From: Amoebophrya sp. A120
Taxonomy: Eukaryota > Protista > Dinoflagellata
Direction: 5' to 3'
Assembly (NCBI GenBank): GCA_905178155.1
Contig: CAJINV010000002.1
Location: 5,451,709-5,515,708 of the forward strand
DNA: 64,000 nt
Part shown: positions 12,976 through 25,900 of the stretch, in pieces
Position numbering within the stretch: the stretch's first letter is position 1
How the letters are laid out: the number at the start of each line of letters is the position of its first letter
Position numbers and translations under genes: made by a program
Notes under the pieces: generated by a model
What the model was told of the DNA's origin: nothing
What the model saw: only the letters and a program-made list of their open reading frames with translations
The model's database searches: none

Positions 12976-14001
12976 CTGGTAACCAAATGCGTGCGCGCGC
13001 GCGCGCAGAGCGCGCGCCGGCCCACGAAGCCGGCGCGCGCGCTCTGCGCGCTTGCGATATTGCTTAGCAAACGCAGCGCGAAGGCAGTTGCCGTTACCAT
13101 ATAGGGCAACCGCCGGGAGGCGTGAAGGTCAGGGAAATGGCCAGAAATGAAGCGGGAGAAGGGAAAAAAAGCGGACCAGATGGGAAAATGGGCAGGACGT
13201 CAAAAATGTCGCAAAAACGGCAGAAACCAAGCGGGAGGAGGTGAAAAAAGAGCATTTTTGCGGTCTGGCCCACTTAGTATCTGAAAAAAAGACGGAGTAT
13301 TTTTTGGTTCGGCCGCTTGACAGCTGCGTCGGAGCAGCAGTTCCGCGACCTGTCCGGAAGCCTTGAGCCGCTTCGTAAGTGGAAAAAGTTGGAAAAAAAT
13401 GACAAAAAATTGCTTCATAACGTGGGTGGAAGCAATCGGCGGATTTTGTCCAGATCACCCGGGCCACTTGAAAAATGGGAAAAGAAGAAAAATTTCGCAA
13501 AAGCGCAATCCCTCCGCAGGCTTCGAAACTGCCAGTCAGGTGGGGGCGGTGAAAATGTCCGGAGCCCTTCGGCCACCTAAGAACCAGAAAAAAGAGCGAA
13601 AATTGAAAAAAACCGAGAACCCTCGGCAGGCTTACAAACTGGCCGCCAAGGGCGGTCCGGCGGGCGCGTGGTCGCGCCATACCATCGAGATTGTGCAAAA
13701 AAAAACGCACTAGAAGCGGGCGGAGGCATGTCACAAAATCCCCATTTGGCCGGGGTTGTGGGCGCAAATCCTGCACCTCCGCCGCGTCTGAAATGGCCGA
13801 TTTTGGTGGCCCGGAAGGGTTCGCGGGTTTTCGGCCTTCCACATACCTTCCGGGCCAGGGGGCCAGTTTGTCATGCAGGGGGCTAGAAAGGATGCCCCGC
13901 TGCGAGCTAGCAGACGGATTTCGCATTCAATGCTTATCGCAGGAGCCTGCGGGCCGCCGCGGGCGACAGTAGTTGTCCGCGGCCCTTTAGGGCCGCGGGG
14001 A
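12976..14001 (+). mobile_element. 3'-truncated copy of the 1.47-kb hairpin/tandem-repeat element at 47761-49249
   Basis: Collinear with 47762-49006. Has the left inverted repeat and 2 tandem units but lacks the right inverted repeat. Flanked by a ~50-bp direct repeat (12922-12975 / 14002-14049). Confidence 0.9.
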
Positions 14002-14069
14002 TGTCCTTGTTTATTTTCTTTCTACATCAAGCTGTCGCTATTTGGTGATACTAGAATCTTCGTTGCAAA

Positions 14070-15422
14070 ATGTCCCGTATGAACCGGATCGCTCCGTCCA
14101 GCGTTTTGAGGCTTTTCGGGTGGGTAATACTTTGCCTGTACGCGTCCATGCCCGTACGCGGAGATTTTGTCAGAGAACTCGTTGATTCCGGTTTGAGCTC
14201 GGAACAGATTGAGAAACTCGCGCACCTGCACCAAAACACGAAGCCCCTGCCGGAGGTTTGTTCAGAGTTCGGGGGAAGGCTCTCGCTCATGACGGAATTG
14301 GTCGCCGTGAATGAGAATGTAGAACGTCCACAAGACGAGCAGGCACAGGTCGATCCCTTTTCCATTTCGGAGGACGCGGCTAGCAAAACTGCTTCGGGGT
14401 TTGCGCTGGTGGAAATTCGACCCCGTGGTGGCGTTCGAGCGAAGAAACACATACACTTCGATTTTCTGTATTGTCTCTTCGCCGGACTTGGGTATGATTT
14501 GTTACGTTTTGCATCGGCGGACCCTGATGATATGCCACCGGAAAATGAGTTGTTCTTGACCAGCCGAATTAGTCAGCTCAACAACGGCCGAGATCGCAAG
14601 GCGTTGTGGGAAAATTTTGCCGAGAAGCACCCGGAGACTTTTTCCTGGAAGCTCTATGATCATTTGCTTTCACTTTTTACAGTCGACATCTGGCCGATGA
14701 TCACCGCCGGCGTGCGGGGGTACATAACAGCTCTGCAGCAGATACAAGAGAGAGACGCGGGCCCTCGTCGCGAAGGCGCAACGCCGATGGCGTGCAGTTT
14801 TGTGTGGCGGGCAAGTTTGCGTCTTGAGATGCGGGAGGGCTATTATCCCTCGTGGCACATCGACCATGGCGCAGGCGATGCTATCCGCTTCTCGATCCCG
14901 CTGTTTGGCGCCCCGACCGAAATTAAATCGAAACCTTTGGTATACGACGACGCGGGCACTGCAAGAAAGCTAGAGTCAGGAAAGACCAAGGACGGCACTG
15001 GCTATTGGGGTGGTGGAGTGCGCCGGCGCGTGTGAAAGGCCGCAGAGGTGGGCGAGGTGACCCAGACTCGGCGTGCTTCCGAGCCTGTCGTGCATGATTT
15101 TTTGAAATTTGGTGAAAGGCTTCACCAAATATCGCACCAGAAGAAAACGGCAACGAAAGCGGCCGTGCGCGGAAGATCGAAATCTGTGCCAACGAAAGCG
15201 GCCGTGCGACGAAAGCGACCGGCCTCACGTCGGGGTCGAAGTCTGTCGCCGAGTGCTAGTTTGGATACGGATGAGCTGCAACTCTTGGGGCTCATGTGGC
15301 AAAACGGGCGCGTTCGTCACCGTAGCCCGACCGAGGAGGACGTGCAGGCTTGGACGCCACCGGGGGCTGAACCGAGTCGATTTGCGCTGTTTGTAGACCA
15401 GGATCGTCGCATCTACGGTTAA
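14070..15422 (+). pseudogene. Intronless 2OG-Fe(II) oxygenase-like (DUF1826-like) ORF with predicted signal peptide, split by an in-frame TGA at 15033-15035
   Basis: ORFs 14070-15035 and 15048-15422 share one frame. Motifs WHID...IRFS..LFGAPTE precede the stop and RHRSP...RFALFVD follow it, giving an HxD...H...R arrangement. Confidence 0.5.
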
Positions 15423-15984
15423 TCCTCAGTTCGGATGACAATTATTCATCCCACAAGGGCGAAGTCAAGCTGATTGAAATTCACGGCCGCGGGTGGACCA
15501 TCACGCTTTGAGGACAAACTAAGTAAGTGAAACAAGGTGAGGTCAAAGTGTTCGATTTGGTGGATGCAGAGACAAATGGCAAGTAAGTGGCATATGCGGG
15601 GTCTAATCATCTACTATCTGACCAATGTTCATCTGGGTATTCGAATTATGTGTACGACGTGCGGACCTACATCAAATCGACGCTCTGTGCTGCTAGAGTT
15701 TTCGCGGAATGCGGAGGCTGTTGTATGACAAATTCGAATTTTAACTGGTTACGTAATAAAAGCAAAACGTGTAGTGCCTGAATTGTTTAGCTGTGCGATA
15801 TATGTATTTCGGTGCTGCCCTGCAGGCTCCGACCATATTAAATTTATCTTCTCTACGTCACCTCGGGGTCGCGCATTTACAAAGAACCGGCTTCCGTCTT
15901 GTGCTAAAAGCTAAAGATGCAACGGCACGCAAGCCAAACTGCACGAGAAACAAAGACATGCCACAGGCAAGACTCTCGAGAAAC

Positions 15985-16497
15985 TCTACTACGAGGTTTG
16001 CAGTATTGATTTCTCAAACCAATGAAGACGATGCGTAGTGGTATATGCGCGTGGTCGAGATGTGGCTCTATGTATATGAGGCTTATCGAACACTACGTAT
16101 ATAAGGTGTAATGCGATCATCTAGTACGAAGGTCAAAGTCAATGTCCTCGACCTGGATCGTAGTGCAGAGGGTGAAGAAGAAGAAGAAGCACTGTTTTTA
16201 GACGGAACAAGATCATAGAAACGACACACACAGAACTAGTCGTATTCGACAAGGACATGATGTCAAAAGATCCTACAAATCGAAATCTCTTTGGATCACC
16301 GGCCGCAATAAGAAAATCGTTTTCGATTCTTCTTCTCGTGATCGTGGGAATCTAAGATCAACATGAAGGCGAGGAACACGATGTTGATCATCGATCGCAA
16401 AGGAATGTAAGTGTTACTCACGGCGCTCCACCAGCTCAGATCATGTATTCCTATCCAATAAATCGTAGAGTATAATGCACCTGCTAGACGCTATGGC
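15985..16497 (+). repeat. Diverged ~500-bp direct repeat, copy 2
   Basis: Same blocks as 12092-12624, with many small indels. Confidence 0.9.
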
Positions 16498-16988
16498 AGA
16501 CACTGGTTCGAAAGCGTCAACGTGAAATCAAGATCCGGTTCGATATTGCCAGAAGATCATTGTCCGTGAAGGAGCCGCAAAAGTGAAGCAGAAAATGCCT
16601 AGTTGCACGAGACGGCTCGTCCTCGTCTAGGCAAGCTGTCTCGGATAAATTCTTGATTTTTGTGAAACCCATTTTTCGTGTAACACCAGAACCAGCACCA
16701 CGCACATATAATGGTCCGTCGTATCTACTGAGACTCTGACACATTATTTTCGCTCCTGACAATATTATTATCATGCCTGGTAGACCTAGACGAGACATTA
16801 GACCTGTTGCGTAGAAGCGACTGCGACTCACCTTTGTATAATCCTGCACACGACGTAGAAATTATGAACAGGAGAGTTTACCACTTCAACATCAGTGTGT
16901 ATCATGGATTGCAGAAGCACCAGCCCGAGCTGATAGTATAGTTTACTATCGTGAAGACCTCCAGGAAATATAAAAACGCTGTGCAACC

Positions 16989-19900
16989 ATGGCGGGCAAA
17001 ACGAAAAAGAAGGCGAACAAGCAGAGGGCCGCCTCGCTGGCCAAGAAAAACCAGGAACAGGCCCAAGGACACCGCAAGCAAGACGAGGCCGAGTACGCCA
17101 AGAAGTCGGGCGCAACAAGGTTCAAATCTTTCCACGAGCGGGTGCGGAGCAGCAACGTGCAAACGACGCGGGAGTTCCTGGAGAGTACTTTTGCCAAGCA
17201 GGCGCACGAGGCCAAGCAGCACTGGGGCCCGAGCACACGAGTCTTTCACGTCAGGAATGCAGAAGACGACGCAGACGGTGGCGTGGGCGAGGAGTTATTC
17301 GATACTGATCAAGTAGACGACGATGGGAACAATTTTACGACACTGCCAGAACCCGCCGGCGGCTACACAAGTAGGGCAGGAGGACCACACGTGGATTATT
17401 TGCACAATGATAAAGAAGACCCGCTCGATATTACTACCCCAGAAGGGAAGAAGATCACTATCGAGCGGATCCTGGAGGCCGAAACGCACTTTGCGGAGAC
17501 GCTGCAGCGCTATGCCTTCAGCTGTCGAGTGTTGAAATGGTCGAAGATTGTGTCGCGGATCAGGCGGATACTGTGCGTGAACAATGGCCAGCAGGATAAA
17601 AACGAGAGAACATCCAACAAACTGGTGACGGGGTCCCTGCCGCAGCTGCTGCTCATGCAGAAGGAGCTGGTGGAAGCCATTCTTGGCTTCGACGAGCCAG
17701 TAGTTTCCCTACAAGAGACGAAAAATGCCACCTCGAATTCTTGTGGGTCAAAAAACTATGAGCATTTAGAGCCTGTTTGTCGGTTACTCTCCGCGTTGAC
17801 GCAGGACCTGCGACAGGATTTTCTCGCCTCCGGCTCCTTTCTGAAGTGTCTGGAGAAGCTGATGCCACTGTCCGTCGTTATCACGCAGAGTTTTTCCAAC
17901 CATGAAACCGAGTCGGCGGCCACGGCGATCGCGGAAATCTTCCGCTTCTGCAACAGCGGATTCAAGTACCTGCATAAAGGGATCGACATGCGGTCGCTAG
18001 TGGATGTTGCACAAGTAGAAGAACCAATTTGCAGTGGTGCAGGAAAAAATAAATCGAGTGAGGTAGAAGAAGATGGAGCTAAAGCAGAAGTACAACAAGA
18101 TCCGAAGAATGAGACCCCGCCCCGTTCATCCCAGTCATTTTCCGCCCTACTCCAAGCCTGTCTCCCGGCAATGAAGACCGCGATGCTGCGACAGCCCTTG
18201 GGCGAGTGTTTCGCTTTGCTGATCACGAAGAAAATGGCTAATTATGCAGCGAACCGTGTCGCCGACGAGGAAGCCGAGAGCGGCAGCTTCGTCACGACCA
18301 TGTGTGGCCACTTTGCGGCGCTTCTGCGGAAGCAGCAGCAGACGCTTGGCCGGCAGGTAGACAAAACGAATCACGTGATCGTCGACACACTGTCTATCGC
18401 CTTTTTCGAGTCTGCTCGCTCCGTCGACGGCCAATTCCGGTTGCAGGCGCAAATGTTGTTGCGGGAATTGGTAGAGGGGATGAAGACGTCGAAGGGCAGC
18501 TTCACCACCAAGAAGATGGTGGACGAGGACGACAACACTTCCTTACAAGAAACCACCCGAAAGTCCCTGCAATTTTACGTGGCCAAAATCCTGATCCAGC
18601 GCTTTTTTGAGTACAGCGAGGCAAGTTTTTTCTCCACGGACAGCGACGCGTCGCCGCTTGGCGCAGAGCTAGTGGCGGCGGTTTTTGAAGATGGCGAGGG
18701 AGAAAATAGCGATGCTCCTAATGATAAACCTGACTCCAAACTCCTGTTATGGTTCTTGGACACGATTCAGGCGTGCTACCGTAGTTTCTTCACTAAGGGC
18801 AAATATGCAGACGGGAAGAAAGTACCGAAAGAAGCACGGAGATTCCTCGCGGAAGTAGCGCAAAAGTGCGGGAAGGCGATTTTTTCGAATGGAATGTCCG
18901 CGGTCGCGTCCGCTTCCAACAGAAGTTTTCCTGCCGACGCTATGGACGTGGAGGACTTGGTCGATGACAGTAGAAATCGAAACGATATTGCAGAAGAAGA
19001 AGAAGATCTTCGCTGGGCCTTGCACTATCCACCAAAGGGGCTCGTGCCTCTCTGTGAAGATGCAGACAGCCGAAACGAAGAGGACCCACTTCCTTACTTC
19101 GAGCGTAGCCTGAGGTCCACCCATTTTCCGAAATTTCTGATCCGCTCGCTCTTCTACGGCTTCGGCGCCGAAATCGACGAAGTCCTAGTGCCTTCCCTTA
19201 AGACAAAACAAACCGCGGTTAGGTTCATCCAGTTGATGCAAGAAGAAATGGAATTTGAGAGGGAGCAAGGCTCTGGTACCGCCTTCCAGCGGCTGTTCGT
19301 CTCGCCCGATGCTGGCAAGACGTCGAAGTTCCAGGAATTCCTCCCTCTAACCCAGACGCGAACCGGGCGGACCGTGCTCAGCAAGTGCGTGTTGCTTATT
19401 TTAGCGACCGTTGGTCGGGCACCAGCAGAGGGAGAGCGAGCGTCTTGTGGTCCCTTGTTGAGCCACACCGACTACAACTGCCTGCTGTTCTGCCTGCAAA
19501 ATCTCGCGCTGACCATGCCGGTGGTTGCAAGGAGTGAGGGACTGTCAAAGGAAGACCTGGGTGGGGGTCTCGACGTGGGCCAGAGAATCGTCGTGGATGC
19601 CTTGGACAAGTTTATGCGGACGAATTACACGTCGCTATCCGGGTCGAAAACCGGGACGAGTTCTGCTTTTGAGGTACCTGGAGATGTATCCACGACGACG
19701 TCCTCGCGGAGCAACCTGCACTACGAGTGCTACTTGCTATACAAAAAGCACTTTGCCGCGTTCTCTACTGCCTCCTGCAATAGCGTCCTCGACAGCGAGC
19801 AGGACCGTACCAAAGCAAACGTTTTCTGGACCGAGTTTGTATCCTGTGCAAAAGTATCGTACTCGTACAAATGCAAGTCTTGCATTACAAATCTTGTTTC

Positions 19901-22900
19901 CAAGGGAAATCTGCATTACAAATTTTATTTCTCATGCTGAGGAAATTTGTAATGCATTTATACGAGTACGATACTTTTGCACAGGATAGTTTGAAGCCAG
20001 CGACTACAAAAACACACTGTTTCTCGAGCTGTGCCTGGTTTCCTGTGCCTCGCTATCCGGAATAAAGGGGGAAGAAAATGACTTGAAGGAGGGCAAAACC
20101 AGAAAGCAAGAAGACGCGATGTTTTTCTCCAAAGTGGTCAGGCAGGTCGTGGAGAATGGTGGTGGGCCGCTTCTGTTGACAGGTTGGGGTGCTAAACAAT
20201 CTTCATCATCAAGAACAGCGACATCTGAAGAACTGGACAGCCGGCAAGAAGACACTCCTTCACCCGAGGAAGAAGCAAACACCACGTTGGCGTTGAATTT
20301 AGAGGCCGTTGCGGCCTTTTTGGAAAACAATAGCGAACCTGTTTCTCGCGGCTGCTTGCTAGCTACTTGCGAACTAAATCGTGGTGAGGAAGAAACAGAA
20401 CAGTTCTACACCAGCCTGCTTCTCCTACTGAACCACCAAGACGCTCGGGTAAGGTGGTGCACGTTGCGAATCCTCAGGCAGCTTATCAAATGTAAAAATG
20501 TCTGGGTCTGGAAGAATGCATGTTTGTCATGCTTGTCTGGCATGAGTCTTAAATCTGTCATGCACGTTGCCCAAGAGCCGCATTTTTCTGTCATTCGGAG
20601 ACGCAGTTTGTCATGCAGAATAGGCAACACCTACAAGCTCAGAAATTTGTCATGCTGAGCCAGCACTTGTGGCCTCATCATGAGATGCCACTCAGCATCA
20701 CAAGTTTCCAGACCCAGACATTTTTACATTTGATACAGCTGCCGGTGCAGCAAATCGCGAGGGAATGCCAATTTGATCTCTCGGAGCCGGTTCTTGCATC
20801 ATCAACGCCCACCGGTGCAGCAACTACAGCAGCCTCTAAACAACCCAAGAATGTTATGATCAAGATGTTGGACCACGACGTCGCAAGCGCAACGGAGAAC
20901 AAACAAAAAGCAAGCCCCGCTAGAACATCAACAAGTAGCGGCCACGAGGAGGAGCTGCAGGACCAAATCGAATTTCTCGTGCACACGTGCTACGAGTTGG
21001 AACAAGCAGAATTCTGTTTGGAGCAGGAGCGTTTCAAGGTGGCAAAGATTTCTTCCATCGTGGAACAGGTGTTGGCTTTGGTGAATGACAGCACGACGAA
21101 AACCACGACCGCAAGAAGTAGAACTTCTTCTCTGCCCCTAGCCGTCGTCTTCGCGGTTCAGGTTCTGCTTTCTCAGTTGAAGAACCGGTTTTCCCCGCTT
21201 TGGAAACCCACGAAGGAAGCGCTGGCGCAACTGGCGAACTGCTCTTGTGAAACGGATAATTTTTCTGGAAAAAATGCAGGAAGTTGTGACAGCCACGCAG
21301 GAGCCGGTCGCGCCATTACACTCCGACACTGCGTCCACACACTGCTGCAGACCACTATTATGGCAGCCTTTGCGGAGCGGAAGCGAGAGCTCATTGATGC
21401 AGAGGACGCATCCTCGCCGGCAGCATTCGCTGTGACAGCAGATCATGCTGAAACCCAAGAACCTAAGAAACCGGTTGTACTAGACGAGTTGAAAAACGAC
21501 GACGCAGAGATAGAAAAGCTGCCGGGCGAAGATATGCAAAAGAACGCAAGTAAAGAGGGCAAGAGCAAAGGCACGGGTAAAAATAACAAGCACGACGCGA
21601 ACAAGCAGACCTCCAGGCATACTTCGAATGGATCGAAGAAAAACAAGGACATTCGCTACGTGGACCTGGAACAGGTCTTCGCCAGCAGTGAAAGCTTTTT
21701 CGCAACAAGAACAGCAGCGGGAGCAGGAGTCCAAGGTACTGCTAATAACGAGGGCGCAGATGAAAACGCCAGCGGTTCTTGTGCCGCGTCACACCAACTT
21801 TTCCTCGCTCCCTTCTGGAGGTCCGGCTCGGAACACGAAATCGGGGGGCAGACCTACCACGACCTGGTCTGGCAAACCGCGACGCGAGTTCTGGTTGAAA
21901 GCGGGGCGGACGATGCTGAGCATCGTGCTGGAACAAGCGACGGTCCGACCAAGATGTCGGTTGCAGGAGCTGATATGACGCTCGTCGGTGAAGCCGACCT
22001 AGCGAGTGTGGAGAGCAGAAAAGAGCTTGACGACGCACAACGACTTCTCTCCAGTCTCGATACCTTCAAATTGTGGGTTTTGCAGAAAAACGTCGAGTAT
22101 CTGAACACCTTCTGGAAGATCGGGACCAAGTCCAAAGTTCTGTGCAAACACGCCCTGCAGCCCATCGCGGAGTGCCTCGCGCCGAATCTAGCGCATTTGA
22201 AGAGCAAGGCGGATGGGGTTCAGGAGCAGGGCAAAAAGAATCCGCCTTCTGCTACCACCTCTCTGGAAACGTACTACGGGATTAAGGGCGGCAGTGAATC
22301 AACTGCTAGTGTCGGATCGAGGGAAAAGGATGTAGAGTCTTCTTCAACCACTGCTGAAAGAAAGCAACTGATCGCCGACCTGCTGTTCGCCCTGGAACAC
22401 TTTCTTCTCCCGTCCGAGGACAGCAGCACGCAGCAGCTGGCCCTGCGGATCCTGCAAACGTCCGAACGGTTCTGGTTTCTGCAAAACTACAGCGAGAATC
22501 TTACCAGACTAACCGACGACAAGAAGTTCCGCCAGGAGCTGACAGCGATCACGTTGGACGAGAGTATTTTGACGGAAAGCGAGAAGCAGAAGGGGGCCCA
22601 CAACGGGGTAAACAGGAAGCTTTTCCCGAACCCGAAGCATCGGAAGCAGATTCTCCCGATTTTGCTAAAATTATTATACGCGAAAATCGTGAAGAAATCC
22701 CGCGCCTTGGACAAGCACAGCAACACGGAGGGCCGAAGGCGCGCGGTCTTTCAGCTGCTCAGCGAGGGGTTCAAGAACAGTCGGGAGGGGAGTGCGGAGT
22801 TGGCGGAGTTTCTGTTGGTGCTGATGAACGGACTGCTCACAGTTGTAAGGCGGGAAGGGGAGGAAAATGACGATGTATCAACTGTAAAAATGTCTGGGTC

Positions 22901-25900
22901 TGGAAGATTCTGACACTTGTCCTGCACGTTTTGCATGAGCCATGATGCCTGTGATCCATACCCTAGCAATACAGATTTTTGAGGGCTTCTTGATGCCTAT
23001 TCCGCATGACAACTGCCTCCTCAGCGTAGCAAAAATTGCCTACTACTACTACTACTACTATAGCGTAGCAAAAATTGCATTCCCTTTGGTACTCATGCAA
23101 GACAGATTTTTTTGGAATCCAAACGCAGCATCACAAGTTGCATTCTTCCAGACCCAGACATTTTTACATTTGATACGATGTCGATGTTGACATCTTCCGC
23201 TCTGCTCGGAACGCGAACCAAATCCGCGCGCAGCGGTTGCAGTTGAGCACGTTGCGGAAATTTCTGACGGAATACTGCTGCGCCAATTTTTCCACGTCTA
23301 CTACTGCGTCGAGGACTACAACTGCACAAGTTCTTATGCCACACAGAACGCAGCAATGCGGCGAAACGAAGCGGATCCTCTTCCTGATGAACACTTGTGA
23401 TTCATCTCCCTCCGCTGCAAGAACAGAAACGAGTAGTAAAGGAACAGTAGAAAGTCCTCTCATCATCTCGCTGGACCTGGATTTCCAAAACCGTTACCAA
23501 CCCTTCCTGATGACGCTGCAGGACGTGGTGAACCAGATGTGGCGCGTGATCGGCACCAACTGCGCCGGCTTTTTCACGGACTTGGTCCTCAGCATCTTGG
23601 CGCAGACCCAACTGGCGCAAAAGTGCTTTGAGGAAGTGGAGAAGAGTAATTACACTGGTGCGGCTGCAGGTGCAGGAGCTTCTGGTCTACTGATCGAAGA
23701 CCCGGATGACAAAAATGATGACCAGCAGCGGGAAGAGCAACAAGTCGCTATTCATCTACAACTTCCCAGCAAAAGATTATCGCATTTCGCAGACAAAGAC
23801 CGCACGCTCGTGCGGCTCTGTTTGTCTCGGCTGCACGATGTACTGGCCAAGTTGTACAACAATCAGAGTGACCTCGACCACCAGAACCAGCTCCACGAAA
23901 CCCTTGACGCGCAGCTGAGCTTTCTTTACCCGGTGTTCAACCACCTTGCGAAAGAGCTCCCGCTCGGGGGCGGAGCGGTGGACCTCTCCGCGTTTGGCAA
24001 ACTGCTGGCCATGATCGGGTCGAACCCGAATTTGTGGCGCATTTTCGAAAAATTCCCCTTCTTCCTGACCAACTGGTTCAAGGTGTTGAGCTCCAGGCCC
24101 GTCATGGCCAAGATCGCGAACCATGGCGCACATCAAGGCGGAGATGGTCCAAAATCATCTGCTTCCAATACGCCTTCCGGCGGTCTTGTGGTGGAGAAAG
24201 TAGTCGAAACCGGGCTCCGGCTGTGCAACGCGGGAATTTTAATGACAACTGCGAAGGAGAAGAAAGCGTTTACCTACGCGGGCCACGAGAACCAACGACG
24301 GTTTGGGAACAAGAAAATTGACCACGACGAGACTAAAGTGCAAGCGAAACTGAACCAATTTGGTGGAGCAGATGACAGTGATAACGACGTGGATCATATG
24401 GAACAACGAGATCATCATGGTCGTCGTGTTTCTGGTCGTTGTACTACGGGAGAAGATGTTGATCTGGAAGAAAGTTCCCTCGCCCTTCTCGGCGTCCGGT
24501 CTCCCGAAGAGGAAGAGTTGTTCCAAAGGCAGAAGCAACTCGGCCTCTCCTTGATCAAGCCGCACGTCGACCTGATCTGCGACGGTTTGCTGCAGTTGCT
24601 CAGCCAGCGCAAGGAGTACGGAAGCAGTGTACTACTAGTCTCCAGCGGGAACAACAAGAACTTTCACACCGCGGGTAGTACAACTCCGAACAACTACCGG
24701 AGTCATGGTTATTTCGACAGCACCAAGATCGTCACGCCGGCCGAACTGCAGCTGATTTTCCAGCTCACGGACCTTTTCCAGCTGGAAAACGTCGAAACGG
24801 CCAAGAAACTCTGCCTGCTGCTCGTCCAAGCGCTGTTTGATTGCGGTCTAGCCAAAGACCACAAGAATACCGTCGAAATTCTAGACGCGCTGGAGAAACT
24901 GGTCTCGAACGTGATCGTTGTTGTGCGAACGAGAACTGCTGCAGCTTCTTCCTCCTGTGACGAGAAAGAAAACGACGACACTGCGTCCTTCTTGCGCGAG
25001 ATTTTCGCAAAGCTGGAAATTCTAGTGGGCGCCATGCGGGACTTGATGAGCCGGCAGAAGTTGTGTCAGCTGCTCTTGGTTTTGGCAGAAGGAGGTTCTT
25101 GTGTCGGAACACCTCGGAATGATGATGAAAATCATTTCAAACCAGAAAATAACCAGAAAAAGACCGAGAAGAAAAAGAAACGCAGTGAAGAAATCGGTCG
25201 CGCTTCTGATAGTACAAACCGCATCAACCCCGTGACTTCATCTCCTCTCCTCGAGGGAGCGACAAACCGCCTCGAGTCCATCCTCCTGCACCACCGCCGC
25301 TTGCAAACAAAGGACCCCAGTCGTTCCGACGAGATTCAACTAGATTGCTACGCTGCCGTGAAGGATTGGGTTTTCGAGTTCGAACATGATTCCAAAACAG
25401 AACCGCAAGAACTCCTAAGCTTAGTACAAGCAAAAACATCAAACACGGTCACCGCGGCCCGCGCTCTCCTGGCTTTGAATTGGACGAAACGGCAGGCAAC
25501 CGTCGAGCCCGATTACGACCTGCACTGCGAAATTTTGGTAGCGCTGAAACAGAGGAAGGTGCTGCTTGTGACCACGACGGGAAGCACATCAAGTTCAACG
25601 GCTGGGAATAGCCCTTCTTTCAATAACTGTGTCGACCATTTAAAGCCGTTATTCGCGCATTTCTGCTTCATCCTGTCGCAGCCCGCGTGCGACCACGCGG
25701 TTCGCACGGAAATCGAACACCTTTACGAACAGTTTGCGGTTGAGGCGGTGGTGCCGTTTGTGAGGAGGGAAACTGATTCATCAGAAGTGAAGATGGAGGA
25801 CATCGACATGGAAAAAAAATCGGGAGCAAATGATTATACAAACTCAGCGACAACTGGTACATTAGCATCAGCAAAACCCAGGAGCTGCACAAGAACTCCT

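Noticed and set aside
13129-13972. ORFs inside the hairpin element (and at 47880-49218) as a transposase
   Set aside because: Frames are not conserved between the two copies, and no DDE, HUH, helicase or RuvC motifs are recognisable.
15423-15480. SECIS element supporting selenocysteine at TGA 15033
   Set aside because: ATGA...AA...GA spacing and pairing do not fit, and the TGA lies in a linker rather than at a catalytic position.
20484-20735. Recurring peptides such as FQTQTFLHLI, KMSGSGRF and CKNVWVWK as a protein domain
   Set aside because: They are translations of the family A TIR in different frames, not coding sequence.
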